A stretch of 64,000 nucleotides of DNA. Origin: Selaginella moellendorffii (lineage: Eukaryota; Plantae; Lycopodiophyta). This document shows positions 42,756 through 55,800 of this stretch, piece after piece. The stretch lies in assembly GCF_000143415.4 (NCBI RefSeq), contig NW_003314400.1, positions 124,001 to 188,000 on the forward strand. Reading direction: 5' to 3'. Below the pieces are notes generated by a model. It did no database searches. It was given only the letters and a program-made list of their open reading frames with translations, and had not been told where the DNA came from. The number at the start of each line of letters is the position of its first letter. Within the stretch, counting starts at the first letter, position 1. A program made the position numbers and the translations under genes.

Positions 42756-42898
42756 GGTTAGAGGATGCGGTTGGAGGAGCCTGTACTCGGAACTTGGAAT
42801 ATTCTTTCGTGCTTTTGGTTAGAGGATGCGGTTGGAGGAGCCCGTACTCGGAACTTGGAATATTCTTTCGTGCTTTTGGTTAGAGGATGCGGTTGGAG
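42756..42898 (+). repeat. ~60-bp tandem repeat (2.4 copies) within an LTR-like fragment
   Basis: GGTTAGAGGATGCGGTTGGAG occurs three times at ~60-bp spacing; a related reverse copy lies at ~50875-50935. Confidence 0.75.
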
Positions 42899-43514
42899 AA
42901 ACCTTGATCCTTACCCTCCAAGATGTGTTAGCGGCCTGTACCCAATTTCTCTTATGGAAGTAGTGTAAGTTTGCACCTGGAGTTGCACACTAAGCTGAGT
43001 TGTGAATCTGTCTGCCTCCTGAATTTTATGAATTTTATGTGAACTCATTTTCTTGTGTGATTACTGTTCGTTTTAGAATTGAAAAGTTTGACCCTAGAGT
43101 AGTAGGAGTCTCCATCTCCTACTTATCTCGGCATGCTGCTTCGGATATTGTCGACGAAGTACTGCAGTTGACGGTTCTCCTCGGTGAGCTTGTCAATTTG
43201 TTCCTGCGAGGTAGTGGAGTTGCCGGTGGTCTGAGATGCACTGTTCTTCAGCTCTTCGAAAGTAATCATGACTTTGTTATAGCATTCCTCGCTCCACTGC
43301 TGCAGTCCCTGTAGCAGTTGAGCGAGGAATGCCATAACAAAGTCCCTGTAGATGGTCTTCCACTCGATACATCCTATCCTCCATAGCCTTCAGCCATCCT
43401 TTGATGCGCTGGGTTACTTCATCTTCCGTGACGTACTGAGTGTCTGCAGTACGTTCCAGATGGGTCTTCTTCGTCCGCTGTACGGTCGTCCTTCTGCTCT
43501 TCCATCAGAAATCC

Positions 43515-44685
43515 CTTACCCGGAAGGGATTCCAAATCTTCGGCCCAACATCGTTCGGCTTGCCGAAACACACGCCCTAGTAACCGGGAGAAATCCCAGC
43601 ATCACAAACTTGCTCTGCCGGAGAAGATGTTTCCAGTGCAAGAGGAACCACATTGTCCTCCACCGGAGGAGGAGCTTCCATTTTATCTTCCAGAGGTTCT
43701 TGCACCATAGCAGCGGCAGAGCTGCTGTTCTTGATGTGTGTGGAAATCAGCAAGTTCTTCATGGCAGCAGCGTGCTGCTGCTTCATCGATGACGAGAGCC
43801 CGATCAAAAAGTACTGCTTCTCCTTGGACGGCGGCGACATACACCCCTGCTTGATCAGCGTGGAAACGCCGTGCCCCAGCTCGAATGCGTTGCAGATCAA
43901 AGGCGTGTTGCTCACTGGCTGCCTGGCTAGCTGCCGCAGAGAGTTGAGAAATCTGCCCCCTCTCATCTTGAGGCGCTCGGCGAAGATCAGTACTCCCAGA
44001 CGATCTGGCAAGAATCACTCACCAGCAGCCGAGCGGCATCGCCAGCGCCATCGCGGCCTCGCTCGCCATAGCCTGGCCGTTACGCGGTACAGAAAGATTG
44101 GTATACGTGGCAGCTATTTAATTTCTAAAATTTAAGAGAATGTTCGTTAGGGTTAGCGCCAGAGGATGAAGTTTGGATGAAATGCAGAGGATTTTGGAGG
44201 ATCGAGGCCTCAAGCTGCGCCCAGCAAAGAGAAATGCCAGTGGCCTTTTGTTTTTCTTCATTGCTCTCAGACAGAATGTTATTTTCTGGAAGACGATGAA
44301 GGAGGCATGATCTCGTTCGATCTTTGCTGGTTTCCAGCACGGATTCCGAGCTCGAGAAAATGGTTTTGGAAAGGCTGGATGAATATGAAAGCAATGTAGG
44401 CAACTTCGCCGCTCCGTGCGAGAGGAACGAACGCAGATAAATCTTTGTCTGAATGGGCAAAGGATAGAGGAGTCAAAAGCAACATTGGCATAGCTGGTGA
44501 GTCTGGGTATATTTTTCTATGACGATCTTAAAAGCTTTGTGACAAAACAGATTTTGAAGGATATGGTCGAGGAGGGGCTGCAGCCTGCAGCGTGCGATTT
44601 AAAAGCTGGAGATCTCGTCCTTGAGATTCCCAGCGAGATTATTAGCTCTGAAACTGTCACGCTGGAGTCGGATTTCTGTTCGATT
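43515..44685 (+). repeat. Local segmental duplication, copy 1 (copy 2 = 62788-63925); includes a SET-domain (Rubisco-LSMT-like) gene fragment
   Basis: Near-identical ORF-track peptides in both copies. Plus-strand LSEWAKDRGVKSNI, intron, GYGRG..AACDLKAGDLVLEIPSEII with frameshifts. Confidence 0.85.
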
Positions 44686-44729
44686 TTCTCCGTGCTTGTT
44701 TTGACGTCGTGATTTGAGAAGGGAAAAGT

Positions 44730-45290
44730 GGGATTCCTCAGGACATTGTTTCAAAGTTTTCTCAGCTTTTTGGACAGGACTGTTTTGGGCATTGGGGACG
44801 AAGCTCAACTTTATCATCCAGAGTCTGATGGCCAGACAGAGAGAACCAATCACACTCTAGAGGCTCTTCTACGTGCATACGCCTTCATCTTGGCTCATGC
44901 TGAATACGCGTACAACACGACTCATCATTCTGCCATTGGAATGTCCCGTATGCAGCATTATATGGTCGAGAGGTGCCTGGTCTATTTTCTCCACTGATCG
45001 TTCAAGATTCTGATCTACAAGAGCATCTTCACGCCATACAGGAACTCCACACTCTTGTTTGCAACCATCTCCATGCTGCCCAGGATTCCATGAAGTTTTT
45101 TGCGGACCAGCACAGAACTTTTCGAGCCTTTGAGGTTGGGGACTGGGTATAAATGTACGGTTTCCAAGCTGCACCTGCAATTCTTCGGACCTTTCCAGGT
45201 TTTAGAAAGAATCAACCAGGTGGCATACAGGTTGCAGCTGCCATTGGGAACTAAGCTTCATGATACTATACTTTTGAAACCCGCCACGTT
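44730..45290 (+). mobile_element. Degenerate Ty3/gypsy integrase fragment (core plus GPF/Y region)
   Basis: [17 protein letters not shown]...[16 protein letters not shown]; KLHLQFFGPFQVLERINQVAYRLQLP. Confidence 0.88.
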
Positions 45291-45369
45291 TTTGTGTGAT
45301 GCACGTTTCGGAGCTGAAGTGCCATCACAGACCTCTTCCTCTTCCTATGTGTGCTGGCTCCTACAGTCT

Positions 45370-46260
45370 CAATGGAGGACAGATCGTTACTCCATCCAGA
45401 CTGATGTACGCCAACTTCGTGGTCGCCAACTCCACTCTGGGCGTAGCCGGCCATCATCGCGTTCCAGGAAACAAGATTTCGCTCTGGCATGGCATCGAAC
45501 CTGCGCGATCGCCACGACAATCGTGATCACGTCGGGCTGCGGCATTCGATCGAAGACCTCTACAGCGGCGATCAAACCACCGCTCGCGGTGTAGGCCTGG
45601 ATCATCGCGTTCCAGGTCTCTGATCGCCGCTCTCGGCCAGCGCACTGCCGCCCCGATTCAGTCGTTCCTGGCATAGCCAGAGATCATCGACGTCCAGGAG
45701 CTACAATCCCGCCCAGGCGGCATGGCCGTGAAAAGCGACGCTGCGGCATCCACATCCCCTTCCTGACAGCCGCCTGGATCATCGCGTTCCAAGCCACAGC
45801 GCTCCTCTCCGGCACCTCGATCTTGCCCCGCGCGGCGTGACCCGTGACGATCATCGTCCAGGAGATGAGATCCGTGAGCGGCATTCTATCAAAGACATCT
45901 CTGGCCCGGCACCTCTCTTGGATCAGGAGACAACGTTCTTGCCCGGGGTGCGATCAGACGAAACCCTACATGGCTACTGCAGGCTTGCACAATTGAGTTC
46001 CAGGACACGAGGCTCTTCCTGGGCATGGAATCAAAGAGATTTCTGGCCACAGCAAGATGCCCTGATCGGGCATATGCTGCAAACATGAGATTCCACGACA
46101 CGGTATCGCGGCTGGGCATCTTCCGAAAGAGGTCCCAGGCATCTTCCAGCCCCTCGTGGCCCAGGGTGATGTTCCAGGAAAAGAGATTCTTGTGCCAGCG
46201 CCGCCTACATCTGGACAGACGTGCAATGTGGCGCACGGAGGAGGGCTTTCAATATGCCGG
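45370..46260 (-). pseudogene. PPR pseudogene
   Basis: FRKMPSRDTVSWN..AYARSGH and FDAMPERNLVSWNAM, scattered over several frames. Confidence 0.85.
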
Positions 46261-46469
46261 GATTGGGCATATTCCTGGCATCTCTATGGCTTCAAAACTC
46301 GAGGCTCTACCTTGGAAGTATACTGTTGATTGCCGATGAAGATCCTTGCCATGGCGAGTCAGTCCGATCATGCTGCTGCTGGCACTGCTGCTGGGGTCTT
46401 TGCTCGATCAGCTCTCTCGGCTCTCTCGGTCTTTGCTTAGCAACTCTCGCATCCGGGGAACCATCTCCA

Positions 46470-49330
46470 TGACGCTGAAGCATCCCGGGAGCAAGGAGCT
46501 CTCACCCTCACCTCCTCGCTGCCGGTGAGCATCGCCACAACTTTGGACATTGCTGGACGCTGTGATGCTGTCGCTTGGGTGCTTATAACTTTGTTTGTCG
46601 TCGGCATTGTCGGCTCTCTTGTCCAGGAGTTGTAGTAGCTTATCGCTTTGGTACTGATCATTGACGCGAGTTAAAGAGCAAACATTTCGTAAATCTTTAT
46701 ACGTACGTGATCGAAATGATGGGTCATGTCTTCACTCGTGGTGTCCAGATTGGTTCTTCCGCTCACGATTTCTACTAGTACCAGAACTCCAAAGCTGCAG
46801 ACATCTGCAGGCAGGTATCCCCTGAAAGAAGAAAGAAAAATCAGAGATGATCATATCAAGCAATTACAAGAACTTTGAGCTCTCACATTGTTCCTGCCAC
46901 CCTCGTACTGATGATCTTCGAAGAGCCTTGCCAAACCAAAGTCCGCTACCTTTGCCACCAGAACTTGATCCAAAAGTACATTGGTAGCTTTGATGTCTCA
47001 ATGTCTGATACGCGGTGATGACTCCTCGTGCAAATAAGCGAGCCCTTTTGCGACTCCAATGCATCTATTGAAGCGAGTTTTCCATAAACTCAAAAACAAG
47101 AATCCAATTGTTTCCTTCGGTGCAGCATCCATAAAGCTTGACTAGATCGCGATGCAGATAAGTGTGGCCTCGTTCACAACATCAGATAATCCAGTGATCC
47201 TATTAAGCTGCTTGATCGCTACCACCGTACCATCAGATAACCTGAAAGTTCAAACACTTTACCAGAAAGAAAACTTTACCTTGTAGACCTTGCCAAATAC
47301 TCCTTTCCCCAACAATCTCACGGGGTCAAATCCCCCCGTAGCGTTTTCTATTTCATCGTAAGAAAACATATGCAGCTTTCCGTCTAGAAGTTTGAGCTCT
47401 GCATGGCACAAAACATTAGTAAAAGTAATTCGCAAAAGCATTAAGTGACCTTCATCGTCGTTCTCTGTGTCGTTTCCTCCACAACAAATAACCGGAAACC
47501 ACAAAGAGCACCACGAGTGGCACCGAGACTCCAACACCTATTTTTACGCCTTTGGAACTGTTTTCACTCTGACCAGTTTCAAATTCCGAAACGCAATGTT
47601 AGAACGAAGACAAACTTTCGTAGTGGCAGCAGTATCTAACACTTACCAGGTAGAACTTGGATTGCGGATATCAGAGGACCGAAAGATCTGAATGGAGCGC
47701 AACATGTTCCTTTCCCCATCCAAAGAAGATGAATGTCAGGAACGCCGTTAGATACATTGACGGCAGTGAAGCTCCTTCTCAACGCTCTAAGAGACCCATT
47801 GGCTTCTTCCCGTATGTTGAAATCTTTGAGCTTTCTGTCGCCCTGGATACCCACTCCTGGTCCGTCCTGGCCAGTGCCGATGGTAATCTCTGCAAAGTGG
47901 AGGTGTACTGTATATGAACCACTTCGCATGCCAACTCCGAGGCACCTCAAAGATGTGGGCAGTTTGATATAGTACAGCCTGCTGACCAGTGGAACCATCT
48001 ATGCTTTGAAACCAAGTCGGGTTATCTTGAAAGGATTCCGCAAACCAGAGCTGCTAGATACCCATCCTCCTGTGGAATAGTAAAAGAACTTGGCATGTCT
48101 ATGTTAAAATCTGTCCCATCCGAAATGATCTGAGGTCCACCACAGTTGATAGCATCTGAATAGGAAATATGTCTATATCAAGTGAAGACTTTATGCAGCA
48201 AATATCACTCAACTATTTCCTTGGTTCACACTGCCGCAGTTTGAAATATCCTGTAAACACGTAGCAGTATTCGCATTTTGTCTGCAATGAAAACATGGTG
48301 AGGTGAACCTTGTTGAACACGAAGAGAACCATACCCTTGAGTTCTAGTAGCTGAGAACGGATTGCCAATAATGGTAGCATTCCTGTGCAAGTTCAGAGAA
48401 ATTAGCATGTCACATGGAGAAAAAATGCATACTTGCTCAGGTCCAGTCAGCCTGTTGAACGATACATCTCTGTATATGTGCAAAGTACTTGGTTAGAAGA
48501 GGGAAACGCTTTTGCAGTCTACGTACAAGTCGACGATTCTCGAGAGCTGGTTCGGGAGGCCTCCAGTAAGATTGTTACTTCCCAGGAAACTGAAAATGCT
48601 TGGATTGCCTTTAGACATAAATCAAGGGATGAAGAACTTACAGTCTGCTAAGACGATCAAAAGATGATATGTATGCTGGAATTGTCCCAGTCAGATTGTT
48701 GAAACTCAAATGCCTGCAATAACAACGTTAAATACATCTTCTAAGTTGTAGACCTTCCTGCAAGCTTACAAGTGTGTGAGCTGGGTAAGATTTCCCAGGT
48801 CAGGTATAAAACCAGATAGCTGACAGTTCCTTAAGGTCCTGGTAAAACAGCCAAAGTAAATGCTAACTGCTAAAAGAAACGGCTGGTGACTCACAGCTTT
48901 GTTAGAGAAGTCAAACAATTGTAGCTAGGCGGTATTGAGCCTCTGGCTGATACTTCTCCCGTTCTCTATGTAACAAGTAGTTATTTAGAAAATCAGGAAG
49001 TTTTTCGCAGACTTACAATTCTCTCAGGTTTGTAAGATTGGCAAGAGATGCAGCAAGCGGACCAGAACGTTTGTTACCATACATGGCTCTGTCAAAGGAG
49101 GCCGCATTCACATAAACTTGTAGAATGAATTTATTGCACTTACAAAACTTCGAGACTGGACATGTTGGCAAGAAAGTCTGGTATCGAGCCATTGAAGTTG
49201 CTGTCGAACATATTTCTGGTGAGTGTAAATCACACCGACTTAAGAAGCTTACAGTGTCTGGAGCCTTTGCAAACTGCTTAAGGCTGGTGGGAGCTCCCCG
49301 CCTAGACCAGTAGAGTCCAAGTACCTTCAG
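46470..49330 (-). pseudogene. LRR-malectin receptor kinase (LRR-VIII-2-like) pseudogene
   Basis: Short LRR exons, INCGGP, YTVHLHFAEI, LKDFNIREEA, WMGKGT..GPLISAI, FSYDEIENATGGF..GKGVFGKVYK, RPAMSKVVAMLTG, with deletions and frameshifts. Confidence 0.85.
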
Positions 49331-51744
49331 TTCTAATCAACTTGGTGGCCAACATGAAAATGAATGCTTACTTCTCCACAAATGACTTGACTAGTGCCAC
49401 ACGCTTGTCTCGGAAGAGCCTCTTCTTCATCAGCTCGGGCAGCTCCTCCACTGCTGCGGTTCTTGCAAATGATTTTTCAGTGTGCTTTCTCCTTGTTACC
49501 TGCATAGCTGCAAGTTTCACCATAGCTGGAAGAAGACGCCGCAATCCACTGGAAAAAGCCAGGAACTCATCCTGATCAACACCCTGTTCTTCGCTGGGTA
49601 GAGAGCAAATATGCCCCCTTACCTAATTAGCGATAACACAGCCTAGTTAGATTTAAGTATTATTGACCTAATCACTTCAGTTGAAAATCTCAAGCCGTTG
49701 GTGATTTATTCTGCGAAGAGAGGAAGGAAGAAATGTTGGAGGTGATCCTTAGTTCTATATACGACATGGTTGCCGGGAAGAAAATGCCGGAAAAACAACA
49801 ACAACAAAACCTCTCTTTTATTCTCTTCCTGACTATGAAAACACCAGGATCATGACTCTTGATTTATTTCCTGTCAAAAGGAAAATCAAAGACACATTTC
49901 CTTTGAGCTGAAAGCGCTTACCAGGCCTTTAACTCAATGAGCACCTTCTCCACGTTTGGATCAATCGTAAACTTCACACTGCGTTCATGTGTATTCATGA
50001 TGCCGTCGTACTGCGGCAAGGAAGTAAAAAACTGACAAAGAAACAGACAAATGAAACAGACAAACCTGCACAATCTGGCATTCGTAGCCCTGCTTTCCTT
50101 TTGGGAATGGCATGTTCATCTCAAACACCCACTCCCCATTCTCCTGAGTCATCTCTTTCGCTTTGTTTTTGCAGAGATATCCATCGCCGAGCCAAGGTAC
50201 TGGGCCTGAAATGAGTAACCTTGTCTCCGCCTGAAACTGATCTTTCACCTGACCCCCTCCAATGCTCGCCCTCCTCTTTCAGTGAAGACAAATCTTTTGG
50301 TTAAGACTGATTAGCACAGTGAGTGTTGTTATTTATTCAGTTTTTTCTTGACCTGAAGAAAATAAAAAGTGAAAAATGAAAATGAACAAAATGAAAATGC
50401 CACAACTTACAAAATCGGGTCCTCCACCATGATGCGCATGCCGAAACTGATCAGACCGGAACATGCCTTCAGAGAAGCATTGTTGTTTACTCCACCTCTT
50501 TCAATGAAGCCTTTCACGATGTCTACTCTTGTTTGCTTGTCAACTGCAGAAATAATCAATCTAAAATTTTGAAACATGAAAAAAAGTAAAAACGTACTTG
50601 GATCAAGCTTACTCAAGATGTGATGCAATTCAGCATCTCTCCTTGACTTCAGATGAGGCAGCGCAAGTGATTTGGCCCTAAGTTGATCAGTGCTTATCTG
50701 AAAACAAAAAATAAAATAAAATTAAAATGAAGCTTTCAAACAGGCCCGTCTTGGCGAGTTTGAGAAAGGGTTCAAACTTGCCTTTCCGCTCGGCATCCCG
50801 CTCAGCAACATCAAACCTGAGCAAATCGAGATATGTACCACGGAGTTGCACACTGACTAGTGGAGAGCAGCCGGAAGAATATTCCAAGTTCCGAGTACCA
50901 GAACTGGTACAGGTTCCTCCAACCGCATCCTCCAACCTGTTCGAGAAGATAACTACTCATGAATTGAACACCCAGGAGCGATTACTACCCAAAGTAGTTA
51001 CAAGATGACTTCATCCATACAGAAGGCCCAGTACGTAGAAATAGCTATGCGAGCTGGAAATTAAAAAAAGTTTTGTACTTGCCTCTTATCAACTGCTTAT
51101 GAGATTTGCTTTCTACTCTGTGTCCCAGGATCAACACATACATTGTTTACTCTTACACTTTTATTTTCCCCTTTTCCAATTTATTCATCTTGTTAGCGTC
51201 CTCGTGGATTCTGTGGCCTGCGCCATCCTTAGATGTGTTAGCGTCCTGCACCCAATTTCTCTGGGCTGTGGGTTTAAACGACTGGCCAATCGATTACTCC
51301 TACTCGTTTTGGGTCCATTTCCCTTCTACCAACTTTCCTCGTTTTCCAGTCCCGAGGATTACAAGCCACTGCCGGAAGAAGCTGTGGCACAGGATGAGAT
51401 GCTGTGGAAGGCGCTCCAGCAGTTGAGGCATGCTGTGGTGGCTACGCCCTCGTATGCATGGGGGCATGCTCTCTCCACCGCAGTTTTTATGTACACTAAG
51501 TATTTCCCACTGGAGCATTGACAATTACAGCATAGAGATGGGATAATTTCCATATAGTCTGGGATGATGGGTAGTGATCCGTTGGTGGAATTCCTGTCTG
51601 CGTTAGTGCTGCTGTCTACTTCTGGTTGGAGGATGTGGTTCCATAAGTGCAGAAGGGGAAAATAAAAGTGTAAGAGCAAACAATGCATGACTCAATGTTG
51701 ATCCGGGACACAGAGTAGAAAGCAAATCTCATAGAGACAATGAA

Positions 51745-52680
51745 AACGGCACTCACAAAAGCACCTATTCTAGCAGTGCCAAGAGTTTCATGTGCTTGTG
51801 GATGCATTGCACATCGCCATTGCCAAGGCACAACTTGACAGAAAGGACAGACCTATTTACTACGCCAGCAAACGCTTGTCCCCTGCAAAATTGAATTACA
51901 CAACTACAGAAAACGTGCCTGTAAGCTCCTGAGTTTGGACTTCCCAGGAGGTCACCCAACCCAGTACTATTCAAACCCAAGGATGCTTAACTCCAACTAT
52001 CCCAAGACCCTTAACCGATTGGAAAAGGGGGTGCACTCTTGTTCATGGGCCCTTTCCCTCTATATTTGAACCCCTATGGATCGTCTCTCGAATCGTTCCC
52101 TTTGGTTGCTTACAATCCACCACACTTCCCTGCAAGTTCACGCCCTCGTGAACGGAAGCTGAGAGCCGCAGCTCTCCCGAGAGCCCTGCTCTCTTGACAC
52201 CCTACCCCTCGGGTCAAGCCCAGCGGGAGCAAACTGGACCAGCCAGATGTCAATCAACATGTGGTGCGATTCCCCTAAGCCAACCAACAGAGTCGGACCT
52301 GAGACCGCTCCGATACCAAATGTAAGCTCCTGAGTTTGGACTTCCCAAGAGGTCACCCAACCCAGTACTATTCAAACCCAAGGACGCTTAACTCCAACTA
52401 TCCCAAGACCCTTAACCCATTGGAAAAGGGGGTGCACTCTTGTTCATGGGCCCTTTCCCTCTATATTTGAACCCCTATGGATCGTCTCTCGAATCGTTCC
52501 CTTTGGTTGCTTACAGTGCCTTGCGATGATATACGCCGTGAAGAAATTTCGACACTATCTTCCAGCTAATCGCATCAAATTTGTTGTTGGTCATCAAGCA
52601 CTCTTACATCTAAATCCAATAGGAAGGTTGGCCAGATGGTTCTTACTCCTTACAGGAATTTGATTTCAAAATAATACACT
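51745..52680 (+). mobile_element. Degenerate Ty3/gypsy RNase H fragment interrupted by the Cassandra TRIM
   Basis: KAPILAVP..RPIYYASKRLSPAKLNYTTTE | LAMIYAVKKFRHYL..HQAL..GRLARW..QEFDF. Confidence 0.8.
51920..52515 (-). mobile_element. Full-length Cassandra-type TRIM (596 bp) with 5S-rRNA-like domain in both LTRs
   Basis: LTRs 51920-52114 and 52321-52515 (195 bp, 3 mismatches seen), termini TGTAAGC/GCTTACA. TSD GTGCC at 51915-51919 and 52516-52520. PBS TGGTATCGGAGC at 52318-52307. LTR segment GTTAAGCATCCTTGGGTTTGAATAGTACTGGGTTGGGTGACCTCCTGGGAAGTCC matches the 5S internal control region. Confidence 0.95.
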
Positions 52681-52882
52681 GACTGAGACGCCTATACTTA
52701 CCCTACAAGACTTACAACATCCCCTAGGTAAATACACTATGGTTTTGGGCTTTCAGCCTTGGGCGCCTGCCACGCTGTCTTTTCCCTGTTGCCACGTATT
52801 CTTGTCTCCTTTGCCACGCGGGTTTCGACGTGGCAAAAGATTAACGGGACGCGATGCTTAGGGTTCCAGAGTCTGAGCCAAA

Positions 52883-55800
52883 ATGACCGCTGTTCTGTCT
52901 GACTCAGAAGACAACCAGCAGACTCCACCAAGAGCACAAGCGAACAAGGCGAGCACCTCCATCTGAGCGCTCCACGGGTGGGAATACAAGTGGAAGAAGA
53001 GCGCCGATCAAGGCTGGTTCATACAGAAGGGTTTGGGAGGAATCATCGAGGTACTGGCTAACAAGGTAGTTACCATAGATGGGCTGTTCCTTACCAACAT
53101 GATCATGGCGATGGACGAGCACAAGAAGGCGATCAGAGTCTACAGGAGGAACATCCGGCTTTCAGCGGAGTTCTTCAACCAGGTATTCGATTTTCCAGAA
53201 TTCCAGGGACACATGAAGAAGCCCAGCCGAACCATCCGACCAAGTGCGTATCGACATTTGTTCGAAGAAACAGTTGCGGGCAGAAGAAAGTGGAAGACCC
53301 ATCTCGCCAGAAGGAAGGACACCAAACGGGTGAAAGGCATCCAAGTCGGGGACTTTCCGGTTGCACACGCCAACAGGCTTCGACCCCTTACGGCTCTCAT
53401 CGGATGCAAGGAGGAGCCGAAGGCGATCCCGGCAAATGTAATGTGGGCCTATGCGAGAGCAGAGAACAGGCAATCGGTGAACTGGGGGGTGATCTTCCGG
53501 ATTTCATTTTTCCGGGTGATTGCCGCTCAGAAAAGTAGGATCCTGAGCCGTCAGGAAGGATTCACGTATCTAGCGAGGATAGCGGGGTACCTCGGGCTAA
53601 CATCAGGGTACAAGTGGAAGTTCCGACCCCTACATGAACTGCTGGAGTACTCGCTAAAGAAGCAGATGGACGACTTCATCAACGGGGTGAAGAACAACAC
53701 CGAAGGCTGGTACAAAACGCTACACTACACCAGTGATCAGGACTCGGACAGTTCGGCGGAGGAAGAAGAGCCGGAGGAAGACGGGGCCGATGTGGACCCC
53801 GAATCCCCGTCGATCCCACAGGTACCCAGAGGTATGCCAGATCAGCCGGTAGATGGTAACCCACCGCCACAGTATGGAGGCGGCGTACGAATTACCCATC
53901 GAGGAGTAACCGAAGTTGGCAGTTATGGCCAGCCAGTATACTCCGACTTTGGGACGACCCGGGCAGAACGCTAGTGTCAGCTGACGCATCAAGAAGGAGA
54001 AATGCCAGGGACGCAACCACGGCCCCCTTACCTAATTAGCGATAATAAAGCCTAGTTAGATTTAAGCATTATTGACCTAATCACTTCAGCTGAAAAGTGA
54101 CCGCTGTTCTGTCTGACTCAGAAGACAACTAGCAGACTCCACCAAGAGCACAGGCGAACAAGGCGAGCACCTCCATCCGAGCGCTCCACAGGCGGGAATA
54201 CAGGTGGAAGAAGAGCGCCGATCAAGGCTGGTTCATACAGAAGGGTTTGGGAGGAATCATCGAGCTACTGGCCAACAAGGCAGTTACCATAGATGGGCTG
54301 TTCCTCACCAACATGATCATGGTGATGGACGAGCACAAGAAGGCGATCAGAGTCTACAGGAGGAACATCCGGCTTTCGGCGGAGTTCTTCAACCAGGTAT
54401 TCGATTTACCAGAATTCCAGGGACACATGAAGAAGCCTAGCTGAACCATCCGACCAAGTGCGTATCGACATTTGTTCGAAGAAACAGTTGCGGGCAGAAG
54501 AAAGTGGAAGACCCATCTCACCAGAAGGAAGGACACCAAACGGGTGAAAAGCATCCAAGTCGGGGACTTTCCGGATGCACACGCCAACAGGCTTCGACCC
54601 CTTACGGCTCTCATCGGATGCAAGGAGGAGCCAAAGGCGATCCCAGCAAATGTAGTGTGGGCCTATGCAAGAGCAGAGAATAGGCAATCGGTGAACTGGG
54701 GGGTGATCTTGCGGATTTCATTTTTCCGGGTGATTGCCGCTCAGAAAAGCAGGATCCTGAGCCGTCAGGAAGGATTCACGTATCTAGCGAGGATAGCGGG
54801 GTACCTCGGGCTAACATCAGGGTACAAGTGGAAGTTCCGACCCCTGCATGAACTGCTGGAGTACTCGCTAAAGAAGCAGATGGACGACTTCATCAACGGG
54901 GTGAAGAACAACACCGAAGGCTGGTACAAAACGCTACACTACACCAGTGATCAGGACTCGGACAGTTTGGCAAACGAAGAAGAGCTGGAGCAGCAGAAAG
55001 ATGGGGCCGACGTGGACCCCGAATCCCCATCGATCCCACAGGTACCCAGAGGTATGCCAGATCAGCCGGTAGATGGTAACCCACCGCCACAGTATGGAGG
55101 CGGCGTACGAATTACCCATCGAGGAGTAACCGAAGTTGGCAGTTATGGCCAGCTAGTATACTCCGACTTTGGGACGACCCGGGCAGAACGCTAGTGTCAG
55201 CTAACCCATCAAGAAGGAGAAATGCCAGGGACGCAACCACGGCCCCCTTCCCTAATTAGCGATAATAAAGCCTAGTTAGATTTAAGCATTATTGACCTAA
55301 TCACTTCACCTGAAAAGTGACCGCCGTTCTGTCTGACTCAGCAGACAACCAGCAGACTCCACCAAGAGCACAGGCGAACAAGGCGAGCACCTCCATCCGA
55401 GCGCTCCACGGGCGGGAATACAGGTGGAAGAAGAGCGCCGATCAAGGCTAGTTCATACAGAAGGGTTTGGGAGGAATCATCGAGGTACTGGCAAACAAGG
55501 CAGTTACCATAGATGGGATGTTCCTCACCAACATGATCATGGCGATGGACGAGCACAAGAAGGCGATCAGAGTCTACAGGAGGAACATCCGGCTTTCGGC
55601 GGAGTTCTTCAACCAGGTATTCGATTTTCCCGAATTCCAGGGACACATGAAGAAGCCCAGCCGAACCATCCGACCAAGTGCGTATCGACATTTGTTCGAA
55701 GAAACAGCTGCGGGCAGAAGAAAGTGGAAGACCCATCTCGCTAGAAGGAAGGACACCAAACAGGTGAAAGGCATCCAAGTCGGGGACTTTCCGGATGCAC

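Noticed and set aside
49900-50720. Exon-like minus-strand fragments (also ~15000-15320, 18777-19200, 42064-42440)
   Set aside because: Splice-like signals are present but no recognisable family; they cannot be called without a search.
51935-51995. 5S rRNA gene
   Set aside because: Only the ~55-nt internal part is present and it lies within TRIM LTRs; no 5' end or terminator of a 120-nt 5S gene.
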